A stretch of DNA of 63,795 bases, filler included, from Octopus bimaculoides (Eukaryota): assembly GCF_001194135.2 (NCBI RefSeq). It is 4 parts of 3 records of this genome, joined end to end, with 100 filler letters (N's around TTAATTAATTAA, not from the genome) between each part and the next. Parts side by side here need not be neighbours in the genome. Positions count along the whole stretch, not along the records: positions 1 to 25,687 come from NC_068984.1; positions 25,788 to 56,527 come from NC_068984.1; 2 more parts are not named here. One strand, 5' to 3'. The translations under genes and the position numbers were made by a program. The first letter of the stretch is position 1. Each line of letters opens with the position of its first letter. Below the pieces are notes generated by a model. It was given only the letters and a program-made list of their open reading frames with translations, had not been told where the DNA came from and did no database searches. Of this stretch, positions 22,683-35,650 are shown piece after piece.

Positions 22683-23248
22683 CATACCAAGTCACATACA
22701 CACACACACACACACACACGCTAAAACGCATAATTACTTATAAGCACTTCATATTTTATCAACATCTCTCGATTGTGTGATGTAGTAATCATTTTCTGCA
22801 GTTTTATCAAACATACTTTCTTTCCCACAAATCCCGATAAACAAACACGATTTTATCAATCAGAACCAACAAAACATTGATAGTTATATAAACACCAAAA
22901 AGCTAGGTTGTGTTACATTTGGTACACCACAACGAGGAGTTAGTTGGAAGCGTCGTGAAATTTCTTTCTGTTGTGTATATTCCGAGGGNNNNNNNNNNNN
23001 NNNNNNNNNNNNNNNNNNNNNNNNNNNNNNNNNNNNNNNNNNNNNNNNNNNNNNNNNNNNNNNNNNNNNNNNNNNNNNNNNNNNNNNNNNNNNNNNNNNN
23101 NNNNNNNNNNNNNNNNNNNNNNNNNNNNNNNNNNNNNNNNNNNNNNNNNNNNNNNNNNNNNNNNNNNNNNNNNNNNNNNNNNNNNNNNNNNNNNNNNNNN
23201 NNNNNNNNNNNNNNNNNNNNNNNNNNNNNNNNNNNNNNNNNNNNNNNN

Positions 23249-23311
<63 letters not shown>

Positions 23312-23683
23312 ATATAACACATGAATACATTTGTCTATGTGAGTGAGTGTGTATATGTGGGTGTGCATTAGCTATTTACGATGGAAGCAACATTTATAAT
23401 GAACGTTAATTAGTATATCCAAGTTGATTTGGATACGTTCTTTTGAACGCTGTAGACTGCGGTTGTTATTCTGAGATATCATCTAGTACAGAGGTTAAGC
23501 GCTGTAAAAAGCAGAGTTTATGTCGGCGGACAAAATTTCATCAGAACCGGCGGATGGGAGTGTTATATGACGGAATTTCATCGGAAATTGCGAATAATCA
23601 GCAACAGTATCCAAGTATCGAAGAATGGAATTTTGCGATAGCATTTTTAATACGTTATTTACAATCGTTTCAGCAATTCACAT

Positions 23684-23896
23684 TTACTCTTTTACTCTTT
23701 TACTTGTTTCAGTCATTTGACTGCGGCCATGCTGGAGCACCGCCTTTAGTCGAGGAAATCGACCCCAGGACTTATTCTTTGTAAGCCTAGTACTTATTCT
23801 ATCGGTCTCTTTTTGCCGAACCGCTAAGTTACGGGGACGTAAACACACCAGCATCGGTTGTCAAGCGATGGTGGGGGGACAAACACAGACACACAA

Positions 23897-23939
<43 letters not shown>

Positions 23940-24105
23940 TACGAAGGGCTTCTTTCGGTTTCCGTCTACCAAATCCACTCACAAGGCTTTGGTCGGCCCG
24001 AGGCTATAGTAGAAGACACTTGCCCAAAGTGCCACGCAGTGGGACTGAACGCGGAACCATGTGGTTGGTAAGCAAACTACTTACCACACAGCCACTCCTG
24101 CGCCT
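23684..24105 (-). mobile_element. tRNA-derived SINE, family B, with an internal (TA)/(CA) microsatellite
   Basis: Head gagtggctgtgtggtaagtag...gttcagtccc, core gggcaagtgtcttctactatagcc..., internal microsatellite, tail gtcaaatgactgaaacaagtaaaagagtaaaagag. Confidence 0.9.
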
Positions 24106-24589
24106 ATCTACATTTTTAACTAATGTTTCTTCGTGTTCATTAAAATGTAAGCAATTATTGATCTAGTTCTATGGACTGCGTAAGTGATCCTTTCCAGCGC
24201 CTATAGAAGCTGATTCCTCAGATCATCAAGCAAATAATATGCTGGCGAGTTTGGCGATCTCGTCAGTAAGAATAATTGTTATCACTTAGAATTAGGCGGT
24301 TCCAAATAGTCTTATTCGATCAAAGGGAGGTCGTAAAGAGAGGAATAAGAAGTAAGAACAATTTGGCAAAATATATATTTCCATTCAAACTTGATCACTC
24401 GATTTATCAATACAAGAATATTTCCCGCTTAGTAAGATAATTATCTTTTCAAATTCTTCCTGCTTCTTTAACTCTTCTTTTCACTTCTTTCACATGACTG
24501 AACAAGATTATTGATACCGTTCACATTTAAAAAATGACGAGTGTACTTATTGATGAGATGGCTAAATTGGCCAGTATATTATTATTATT

Positions 24590-24817
24590 ATTTATTGTCT
24601 TTGTACATCTTCTAACGCTGGAGATGTACTACAGTGCCAGCTGTTCACTACCAGTGAACTAAAGTAACACCCCTTATTTTTCGAGCACCATCCGGAGTAT
24701 TCGAGCGGTTCCAAGCAGTGCTGTTTTCTGCAAGTGCTCCACCCATATTGTAGCTCCTGTCTGTTCCATGTACTTCTCAAGATTTTTACTCACTGTTCCG
24801 AGGACTCCGACAATTAT
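24590..24817 (-). mobile_element. 3' end of an R4/Dong-clade RLE non-LTR retrotransposon, embedded in TAA/TTG repeats
   Basis: Unlisted frame IIVGVLGTVSKNLEKYMEQTGATIWVEHLQKTALLGTARILRMVLEK* (24817-24674), 3' UTR ending in (TAA)n. Dong-like elements are known to target TAA repeats. Confidence 0.8.
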
Positions 24818-24823
24818 TGGATT

Positions 24824-24927
<104 letters not shown>

Positions 24928-24928
<1 letters not shown>

Positions 24929-25405
24929 AGTGGGATAGCAGTGCATGCCATCAAAGTGAAACTGGGGTAAAATATACGAAGCCCAGTGCATCCATCAGGA
25001 CTACCCATCTGATAAGGGTACACCAGGCACATTCATCACATCTATATGTGCGTGACATTGTGATCTCATATTAAGATAAACAGCACATGACCTTGCAGTT
25101 TGGGCCCAGTTAGAATTTTCTTCAGGTCGAGTAGTTCATTCCGCTCAAAAATATCCCTGAATAAGGGTTGTATAAGGATGATAAACAAAACACCCATGTT
25201 TCCAAAGGTGAATTATCCAAACCCCAAAGAATTCCTTTCAACACATGGCTATGATGCTCCTTCACTACTTCTGCTCGTGATCAGAGATGCACATATCGTC
25301 AGCTACTAAGGGACATGCTCAACTGGTTAAGGTTAGTCAACTGATAAACAAATTTGTGTTATTGAGCTGAATATTGCTGTAGCCCATCTTTTATACCACG
25401 AGAAC
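24928..25405. repeat. Interspersed non-autonomous repeat following the (TTA)n tract
   Basis: Non-coding sequence resembling a common cephalopod dispersed repeat as I recall it. Family not assigned. Confidence 0.35.
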
Positions 25406-25413
25406 ACAATGTA

Positions 25414-25687
25414 TCAGGTCATCCCATAAGTTCTGTCCGATTTTACCTTTTTTAAAATTCAATGAAATTTAATAGTATTTTAGAATGTCTAAGGGAATTA
25501 AAAATTATTTTTATGCATTTGTGTAAACTAATTAGATATTATTTTACAGAATAATAGAATTAAAATTTCTTTGATTAAAACCCTTTCTAACATGGAAGTA
25601 TCCAAAGAGCATTTGAGGCACATAATGCTTTATGAGTACAAAAAAGGAAACTCTGCAGCCGAAGCGACACGAAACATACACTCAGTT
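25414..25687 (+). mobile_element. Mariner (Tc1/mariner) 5' end with transposase N-terminus, cut by a gap
   Basis: TA + TIR tcaggtcatcccataagttctgtccgatttt. ATG at 25592 gives MEVSKEHLRHIMLYEYKKGNSAAEATRNIHSV (mariner HTH). Confidence 0.85.
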
Positions 25688-25730
25688 NNNNNNNNNNNNN
25701 NNNNNNNNNNNNNNNNNNNNNNNNNNNNNN

Positions 25731-25742
25731 NTTAATTAATTA
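25731..25742. other. Assembly gap marker TTAATTAATTAA (also at 56571-56582 and 62659-62670)
   Basis: An identical 12-mer centred in N runs of about 100 nt at three sites. Confidence 0.85.
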
Positions 25743-25907
25743 ANNNNNNNNNNNNNNNNNNNNNNNNNNNNNNNNNNNNNNNNNNNNCCACCACTTTCTA
25801 TAACTAGCTAGCTGTATTGCCTTGCTAGTGGAGATATATTGATTATGATGCTTAATTACATAGTTCCTTTGGTTCGGTCTGCGTCTGGACGACGTCAGCT
25901 TGTCTAT

Positions 25908-25952
<45 letters not shown>

Positions 25953-26067
25953 TAGTGTTTATAGTTTAGAGTGAAAGATAAAGAGACAGAGAGATTGGAA
26001 ATAAGAGAGATGATTATGAAGAAGAGACAGACGAGTTGGAAGTTGAGAGGGTTGATTTTTGACAAAC

Positions 26068-26152
26068 GCTCTTAGGTCTCGTGGAAACAGAAATAACGTA
26101 TTTCCAGAAATTCGATACGTGAGTGGATATGATTGGCCATTGATAGTGGAGT
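26068..26152 (-). CDS. Gene B exon 2 (3' boundary uncertain)
   Basis: Acceptor cattctttctctag|, phase 1, in frame with exon 1 across a 195-bp intron: (H)STINGQSYPLTYRISGNTLFLFPRDLR. Donor GC|gtttgt is assumed. Confidence 0.5.
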
Positions 26153-26347
26153 CTAGAGAAAGAATGTCTGTCTTGCTCTTGACAACATGCAGAATCGTCA
26201 AAGTTGCATTAAAACGGTTGGTATGAAAGGGGAATTGATTAAGAAGATAATCTGATCTTTCACACTTGATTAAAACTTCCTGCTATATCCAAATAGCATG
26301 CAAGCCTGCCAACCATTGCCTTCGGTCAAATGTTAGGATTCACTTAC

Positions 26348-26525
26348 GTGCGAACAGCTTTTCGTTTGTTTGACTCAAAGGAAATTTGCACTTTGAATTT
26401 GATGGCGGAATTTTCTGAATAAAAGCAGGAAGCTTCATTTGTCCAATTGTTATGCGAACTGTAAAGAAACTAATGAAAAACGCGCAGCTGCAGAATAAAC
26501 TCAGTAAAACCAGTGGTTGTTTCAT
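26348..26525 (-). CDS. Gene B first coding exon: secreted or membrane protein of unknown family
   Basis: MKQPLVLLSLFCSCAFFISFFTVRITIGQMKLPAFIQKIPPSNSKCKFPLSQTNEKLFA, hydrophobic N-terminus, then a consensus donor C|gtaagt (phase 1). Confidence 0.6.
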
Positions 26526-26589
26526 CTTCGTTCTCAAGTCGTCTTGTTTGATATTTACTCAAGTCGTGTCTCCACATACACAAACACAA

Positions 26590-26656
<67 letters not shown>

Positions 26657-27285
26657 TGTGTGAGAGAGAGAAAGAAAGAGAGGAAGAGCGTGCGTGTTTG
26701 TGTTGATATTTTCTATTCATTTATCATTCTATTTCGAGAACAGAAAGTGACCTACGATCTTTACCAAGATTCTGTTCTGAACTTTATTTTTCTCTAACAA
26801 GTAATTTCCTCTTTGTGGTATATGTGAGACAGATTTATAATTTAATTCATATCTATTTACGTACTTACTTGTTTGTTTAAAGTTTGAAACTCAGAAGACA
26901 ATAATTAGGTTTTTTGACAGAAACAACGTTTACTAACTAAATCGTCAGAAGCTGTAACTTGCTTATTCAAGTTCACACATCAGTAACACGTACACACACA
27001 CATATCTACATAGTATATATATATATATATATATATANNNNNNNNNNNNNNNNNNNNNNNNNNNNNNNNNNNNNNNNNNNNNNNNNNNNNNNNNNNNNNN
27101 NNNNNNNNNNNNNNNNNNNNNNNNNNNNNNNNNNNNNNNNNNNNNNNNNNNNNNNNNNNNNNNNNNNNNNNNNNNNNNNNNNNNNNNNNNNNNNNNNNNN
27201 NNNNNNNNNNNNNNNNNNNNNNNNNNNNNNNNNNNNNNNNNNNNNNNNNNNNNNNNNNNNNNNNNNNNNNNNNNNNNNNNNNNNN

Positions 27286-27342
<57 letters not shown>

Positions 27343-28908
27343 TACATGCACACCATGCATATGTATATGCATATATGTAGGGAATATACATTGTAGTTTT
27401 GATTCTCGTTCTTTTATGTGCACTTAATAAATTATTGATTGGCAGACATCAGCATGCATCAGCAAGTTATTTATTTGCTGAATTCTATAGACGAGAACAA
27501 CCATTCTTGCTTAGATTCATTGATCCAGCAGTAGCTTTGACTGAAAAGACACATGCAAATCGAAACACCGGTGTCTCAAAGTAAGCCCAACTTAGTGAAT
27601 CTCATGAGTTGTCAACTCAAATTCGCTGAAAGGGGAAGATATTCTTTGAAGACAAAATACAACATATATGTATGTTTTTATAAGCATAAAAGTGACAACG
27701 AACATTACCTAAATAAAGAGTTTACAACAGATATTGAGACTGAAATTTTTAATAAGTTTACTGACAGTGACATCGAAATTTCGATGTTTGACAAGGTCGA
27801 TAATGGGCGAAATTCAGAAGTCACTCACAATAAATTTGTGTGTTGTTAAGCACGCGCATATTTCGCTGTGGTGTAGCAGCGAAGAGGAAAATCGACAAGA
27901 AAGCTGTAAAAGTGGTACATTTGAAGAAGTTTCTTTTTAGCACTATATGTTCAGCACAAAATTTCACACACATCTTCTAATCATTCTTGTTGTCAGAAAC
28001 GGCAGTAAACCAGTGATTAACTTATATCTAACATCACTATTTTTGACTATATGCGACATGGCATAAATAAATTTCTACCCTATGACAAAAATAAATTTCT
28101 ACCCGACCATACTCATAGTTATAAATTACTGTTATTTTCTTATGTATATAGGATAATGTAAGAACATTGAAATGAATCTGTAAAGATAATCGGCAAACGT
28201 ATGTAGTTTTATAAATCAACAGTTATCGTTTACTTTATCATCACTAAAGACAACTGCTCCCGTATTATGTAAATTTGTATATCTATAAAATATGCTTTAT
28301 AAGTTCAGTGTCTCCTCCACAACCACTCATGATGTATAATAGTCATAGGAAAAACGACCAAATGATTCAAAAAGCTTTTGATCAACAGTCTGCTTGGTCA
28401 AAACTCACTTAGGATTAAACAACAAACACCAAAAAAAAAAAAAAAACACTCAATTCAGGGTGAGTGCTTTCTATTTTTAATTTCTTAACTAAGTACCAAA
28501 TTTTGGATTTTAGAAGCGAGAGTTCTCAAAAATTGCAAATATTTGTTTTAACTATGCACAATGTCTATGTCTGTGGAGTAAGTAAGTGTACAATCAATAC
28601 ATGATTAATTATTATATAAAAATTCTGAAGTCGACTTCCATGTGATCTGAACTCAGAACATAGATAATATTATCTACCGAGACACGGTAGATAATCTATT
28701 TAATGCTAGCATTCAAGTAAGTTGACTAAGTCAACCACCTTCAAGCAATGACAACATTAAAACTTTTTACAAAACATAGGAAATCTTTTTAAAATGGTTG
28801 ACAATGAACATTTTGTCAAATAGAAAATAACATGAACCCACATGCAACATGTCAATTTTGTTCAGTTTTAATTTACACTTTAAGTAACTTAAAGAAACTC
28901 GATAGAGA

Positions 28909-28945
<37 letters not shown>

Positions 28946-29085
28946 TTCCCTTCTTTCTCTTATTTTCTATCTTTTACCAATTTAGTAATATCTGTGTGTG
29001 TATGTACGTATGCATGTATGCATATATATATTTGTATGTATGCACGTATATACACATATGGATGTGTGTGTGTGTGAAAGAAAGA

Positions 29086-29135
<50 letters not shown>

Positions 29136-29174
29136 AAGAGAGAGAGAGAGAGAAAGAAAGAGAGAGAGAAAGAA

Positions 29175-29207
<33 letters not shown>

Positions 29208-30094
29208 TGCATATATACATTTCACTACATTCTTCTCTTCATGCCATTTTATGCTATGGCACTTAATACTAAAAAACGGAAAAACAAAAAACGAAACTAA
29301 GCTGTACCTTATCATTACAAAGTAAATACACTGCCAATTCACCCTGAAGTTACTAGATTCTAATAATGTGTTTTTCATGTTTTATCAATAATGGCAATAT
29401 TCTGTTTGTACGCTGTTTTATTTGTTTGTTCGTTCGTTGGTTGGTTTATTGAGATTTATTGAGATTGAAGAGTTAGAGGAACTTTTTTCTCTAAATAAAA
29501 GGCTTTATCTGTATTTATTTTTCTATTTCTTCCTTAAACTATTGACTCAAGACTTACAAAAGTACAAAAAGGGTTGCATTAACTACTGAGCTAGGTAAAC
29601 ACGTACTTAGAGTACAACCTCGATGCCACCAATGGTTTTACAACGAGGCAAATGGTGCCACTAAACCAGTGCCCTACAATGCATCAAATGGTGTAAAAGA
29701 AACTCGCATTTTTTTTGTTGATGCCCCTATCTTCAAGTAAATAATTTGCCGTTCATTTTTTATTCCCATTCAACGTTAATTTGAATAAAATTTAAAATAC
29801 GGTTACATTTAATTGTATGGTTCTGCCAAGGGAAATGGCTCAGGAAGAAAATGAATTATCTCGCATTCAACATACGTTATTAATGCTTTGTCAGTCGATG
29901 GGAAGGCCAAGCGAGAACCATTGGTGGGCTCTAAAAATCCCTCCGCACGTTTTCCCTTCAAAAACCACTTATAGATGTTTTAGCAGAATAGAAGCATCAA
30001 TACTACCAGTCACGGACGGTCTTATAAATGGCATGGGTATAGGCTCCTTCAGTATAGCTAAGCTATAAAAAGCTGCAGCCACACTCTTTCTAAC

Positions 30095-30445
30095 TCTTTT
30101 ACTTGTTTCAGTCATTGAACTGTGGCCACGCTAGAGCACTACCCTTGTAAGTTTAGTTGAACAAATCCCCCCTACGACTAATTGACTTTAAATCTGGTAC
30201 TTATCCTATAGGTCACTTTTGCCGAATCGTTAAGTTACGGAACCCTCACCGGTCGTCAAGCGTGAGTAGGGGGGGGGGTAACAAGCCCAATCCCTACACA
30301 CACTTATATATATGCATGTCTACCAAATTCACTCTCAAACCCGGGAGTTTTAGTAGAAGATATTTGACCAAGGTGCTGAGCAGTGGAACTGAACACGAAC
30401 CATATAATTGCAAAGCGAAATTCTTACCCACACAGCTATGCCTGC
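30095..30445 (-). mobile_element. SINE family B, degraded copy
   Basis: Homologous to 23684-24105 along its length. Confidence 0.75.
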
Positions 30446-31099
30446 ATAAGAAAAGACAAAATGAAATTTAAAAAAAAAAACAAAAAAAAAACGATGATAT
30501 CAAGGATAAGACACTTGATTATAGAGCTGCTTGGTCAGATGAGACATAGATCTAAACAACAACAACAAACCTTCACCAACAGCAGATTTGAACTCATCCT
30601 GTATGTGCATGCAGTCCATTACCTTACACATTCAGCTATCTCACATCCACTCGAATTTGTTGTCATGCTTCAAAGACAAAGTGGCTGTCTCATTGGCTTC
30701 ACATTTCATTGAAAAGCTATTATTTCACATTATTTACGCTATCAATACCTTTGAGGAAAGGCACGAATGTCACAACATTACATTTCTTTTGCCCATTAAC
30801 CATACGGCGGAATCAGTGGGCTTTGTGACTTGTCAAAATGGGACGAATATTTCATCTGACTCCCATCCTCTAAAACCACCACCACCACTAACAACAACAG
30901 CAATAACAACATCTTTCTTATCTAGTTTACAGCTATTTTAGTTTGTTTTTAAGGCTATTTTTCTCTGACGATTTGCATTAGTTATTCTTTCGCTTCAAAT
31001 GAAGCAGTGAAAGCAAAATCATAAAACGATAGGAAGAGAGAGAGAAAGAGATAGAGACGAATAAAGGAAATATGTGGATTATAAAAATAGATAAATAAA

Positions 31100-31207
31100 C
31101 AAATAACAACAACAACAACAATAATAATGATGATGATGATGATAATAATAATAATGATAATAATAATGATAATAATAATGATAATAATAATAATAATAAT
31201 AATGATG

Positions 31208-31260
<53 letters not shown>
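31100..31260. repeat. Compound (AAC)(AAT)(GAT) microsatellite
   Basis: Visible directly; source of the poly-I/L/Y pseudo-ORFs. Confidence 0.95.
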
Positions 31261-31261
<1 letters not shown>

Positions 31262-32247
31262 GCAGGGGGGAAAGAGAGTGAGAGAGTAAAAGAGAGACGA
31301 ATATAACAAGATTGATATAAATGAAGACATTTGACACTTCTCATGTCCCTTCTTACCCTCCAACTTGTCCCCTAGCCACTTAAAAGGATTTAATTACCGC
31401 TAGCATGACGTTATCTCTGCGAGATTTTCTACGACCATAAATTAAGAAAATTGATTGATATTATTTAGCATTGCTCAGATAGCTTTGAGATTGTCTCCTT
31501 AAATTTGAAAATGACTCAATTAATTGATGCTAATGTTGTTGTTGTTGTTGTTGTCCTTCTGATTGCTTCGTTTTTGAAAAGCGAAGGGTATTCTTCCGTG
31601 TATTCTGGAAGTCATGAAGACCTGCAAACGACGATTATGATGATGGCAATGATGATGATTCGTTTAAATTGCTACAAAGGGAACTAACCGAGGAACACTG
31701 CGATACAATATTATACAATACAAACAGTGGAACACACACACACACACACACACACAAAAAAATGTCTTTACTAATTCTATCATCTCGCAGTGGAGTACGG
31801 TTTACACGCACTCAATCACGCCTTGAAATAATCCTCCAGTCCCTCTTATTCAGTTAGTCTCACGCACACAATGATAAAAGCCTACTCAAGGAAACAGGAG
31901 CATTGTCGAATAGCAAATATTCAGTACACGAGAAGTGTAGAGTAAAAGGTTCTTTCCTTCGTCGTCTTTTTTTATATTTACTCATTGATCATACAATTTC
32001 ATTGATATTCTTCAGCGCGTGTGCGTGTATATCTACACCAACCCATCACCATCGCCTGACAACCGACAGCGACCGATCGAATAAGTACTTGGGTTAAAAA
32101 TAAGGCGGTGACCTAGCATGGTCGGCCGCAGTCCAAGATTGAAACAAGTAATACATAAAAGAAAAAAGATATGGTTTTATCATAGAAGAGCTCATACTGT
32201 TGTAAAATACTCTGGTGTGTGTGTGTATATATATATTTATTAGTAAA

Positions 32248-32492
32248 TTAAATGCTATGGCCGGTCATAGAGTAACCATTGGATTTTGCAGCTATAAAGC
32301 GCTTAGCAGTATAGGCAACTCGTCAGGATCAAATGACCAAAAGCGCATAACCTCTCCACAACTGAAGGAAGAAATACGTCATGGTCGGTTAGTTTTGTAA
32401 GAAAACATTTGAGTATCACGAGTCGCCTAAACTGTTAAGTGTTTTATAAGTGCGAAACCAATGATCACTCTATGACCGGCCATAACATTTAA
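32248..32492. mobile_element. MITE with ~85-bp imperfect TIRs flanked by TTAA
   Basis: ttaaatgctatggccggtcatagagtaaccattgg... / ...ccaatgatcactctatgaccggccataacatttaa. Confidence 0.85.
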
Positions 32493-34330
32493 CTTCCTAA
32501 AAAATGTATATTACTACTCTAATGCTTTTGAGAGTGCTTGTTTTTCGGATACATAAACTACTGATTATATATATATATATATATNNNNNNNNNNNNNNNN
32601 NNNNNNNNNNNNNNNNNNNNNNNNNNNNNNNNNNNNNNNNNNNNNNNNNNNNNNNNNNNNNNNNNNNNNNNNNNNNNNNNNNNNNNNNNNNNNNNNNNNN
32701 NNNNNNNNNNNNNNNNNNNNNNNNNNNNNNNNNNNNNNNNNNNNNNNNNNNNNNNNNNNNNNNNNNNNNNNNNNNNNNNNNNNNNNNNNNNNNNNNNNNN
32801 NNNNNNNNNNNNNNNNNNNNNNNNNNNATATATATATATATATATATATATATAATTCAGTAAATAATCCTTTCTTATTTTGATACAAAGCCAGCAAATA
32901 TGAGGGGTGGGGAAGTCGATTACAGCGTTCAACTAGTACTAATTTTATCTACCTCGAAAGAATGAAAGGTAAAGTCGACCTCGGCAGAATTTGAACTCAC
33001 AACGTAAAGAGGGATGGAATGCCACTAAGCATTTTTGCCCAGCATACTAACGATTCTGCCAGCTCGATACCTTATAAGGAGATATTAATAAATCATTCAT
33101 TTGTGTGCCGCATTTATTTGTATGCCTCAGCCGTCATGTGTGTGTGTTAACGTAACCATTTGTACAGAAAGGCATGTATACGTTTGCATGCAACACACAA
33201 ATAAACTTGTGTTTTCCTGTTACATGTAAATACACATTTTCGTATCTTATTGTGTACATAGGTGTGTATAAACGCATGATTATATACGCTACAAATAAAT
33301 ACGGACATATATCAAGAGAAAATACAAACTGATACGTAGAAAATACAAAAAGTCGCAGGCGATATAGAAAGTATGAGCATGAACAGGGTTCATCTGTTTT
33401 CTGAATTCCAAACCTATATAGTGAGTAACAATGAAACTATAAGCAGTTAATCTACATTCATTTGGCTTAATATAAATATGAAGATGACATTTTGTTAGGA
33501 CATACACAATTTTGGCAATTATAAAGCTGTCAGGATTACTGCAAAAATTACTGCAATCATAAAGATGTCGGGATTACTGCCAAGCCCCAAGCAATCCAAT
33601 GTAATCCTAGTTATGATTGGTAAGTTAGAAGAATGCAGTCTGATTACATAGTGTTTAAGGATAAATAAAGGGAATTCTCTGGATGTCTTAAGTGGAAAAT
33701 GATCCCACAATGCATGTTGCCTCCTTCAAAACCAGAAACGTTGAGATGAATTCCACATAGCAATAGTTTTAAATTAATATTCCACGGAGTACATTAATTT
33801 AGCCAAGTTTAAGAAATTTCAAAATAAATATGTTTTATACCGTATTTTCAATGCAAAGCAATTTTGTTGTTCGCTTTTATCAAAATTAAAAAGATTATTA
33901 TTATTATTATTGATTGGTGGTCCTTACCGACGTGTATTTTTCGTGCTGCTCTTCGTGGTTCAGAATTTTAACAAGTTTAAACTGTATCAAATAATAATTT
34001 TTATGGAATTATTTTTATACAGCAAGTTTTGAAATGTTTTGGAAATATGCCCATACAGGGTTAAGACAAATTTCATTTTCTTCTTGTTTCGACTATATGC
34101 ATGTGTAATATGGCCGAACGCCAAATAAAACATATATTCTGAAAGCGAATGTAATTCTACGGAATTTAAACGCACGAGGGGGAAAAAAACTAAAAAGAAC
34201 ATCTTGCAACAAAATATATACGTTGTGAAAGAAAAATAAATCTGTGGACAACAGCACTGTTGTGAGCGATTCTTGTGTCAGGGTTGATAAAAACAATGAA
34301 AACAAGCATATTCTCTCTCTCTCACTCACT

Positions 34331-34362
<32 letters not shown>

Positions 34363-35598
34363 TACATACATACAGACATACATACATACGCACAAATACA
34401 CACATATAAATTATGCTAAACGAAAATACCTTTGTATCTTTTGATGTTTTATGTTAGGAATTTAAGCGGAAAACCAGTCTTGTCTTTTGCAAGTGCTCTA
34501 TGCCATAGACGAATATGGACACAGAAAATTTAGATCAAAGAAACACGACATAGTAGCAAATATTATTAAAAAAAAAATTGACTGTATCTCCATCTGAAGA
34601 TGTCATATAGGTGCGCGAGAGAAAGAGGATACTCAGATAAGTATTGATAAATTCAGAGAAACTCTCCTTGTATTAGCCAAAGATCAGTTGGAAACAATCC
34701 TCGTCAATATGTGGAGTGATATCAAACACAAATGGCGGGAAAGGACTTATCATACAACAGATTTTCTTTTTTGAAACTGAGAACGTAGCGAGGAGACAAA
34801 CTGGGTATGACACACGTCTGCACAAAGACAACTTTTGGGACTAAGAAATACGAGTATCACCGTAAAAGACATCGATAACGGCGTTTACCCCTGTTTTGTA
34901 GTTTGTTTCAGGACATAGAATGGGCAGGCGACTACAAACCACAAATAATTCTAGAGTTATGCTTCGTAGAGGCTTGCTGAGAGAAAGGCTTTATGACTGG
35001 TCATGAATCAGAAAATCCGAATGTTACATATGTGACAGTAAAAGTAATTTAAGGACTTTTTTCCTTAGAAGAGTTGAAAAACTTTAATTATTGCGTGATT
35101 CTTTCCAAAATAATTATACACCTATTATGTTTTATTTAATTCATCCTTTCTTCTGTTGGCACAAGACCTGAACATTTTCCTTTGTCGAGTGGTACTTATT
35201 TTATCGATCTCGAAAGGATGAAAAGCAAAAATCAACCTCAGCGGAATTTCGGAATTTAAACCCAGAACATAAGGACAGATGAAATGCCGCTAAACATATT
35301 GTTCGGCGCGCTAACGATTCTGCCAGCTCAGATTTTTTTATCGTTCGTTGTATAATGTTCTTAGCACTTCAATACGTTTGCCTATAATTTTACCACTTTT
35401 TTATTACAACTCTTACAATGTAAGTTTTCTCTGTTGTATGTATAAATAGGTCTTTGGTGGCAAATAAACGAAACAGTTATTATCACAATTGCTATTATTA
35501 TTGTCATTGATCTTTGCCATGGACAGAGGTATCTAACATAACGCTCAAGGGGCTAGAATATGACCACGTTTTATTTCATGTTCAATTCTTCACCGCTC

Positions 35599-35650
<52 letters not shown>

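Noticed and set aside
25731-25742. TTAATTAATTAA as a recurring motif
   Set aside because: Occurs only inside N runs, so it is a scaffolding marker and not biological.
27553-27940. Acidic ORF (DIETEIFNKFTDSDIEIS) as a gene
   Set aside because: More consistent with a decayed piggyBac-like N-terminal remnant, and too weak to call either way.
29600-29700. Kunitz-like WFYN..G..PVPY pattern
   Set aside because: The required Cys residues are absent and splice sites are weak.
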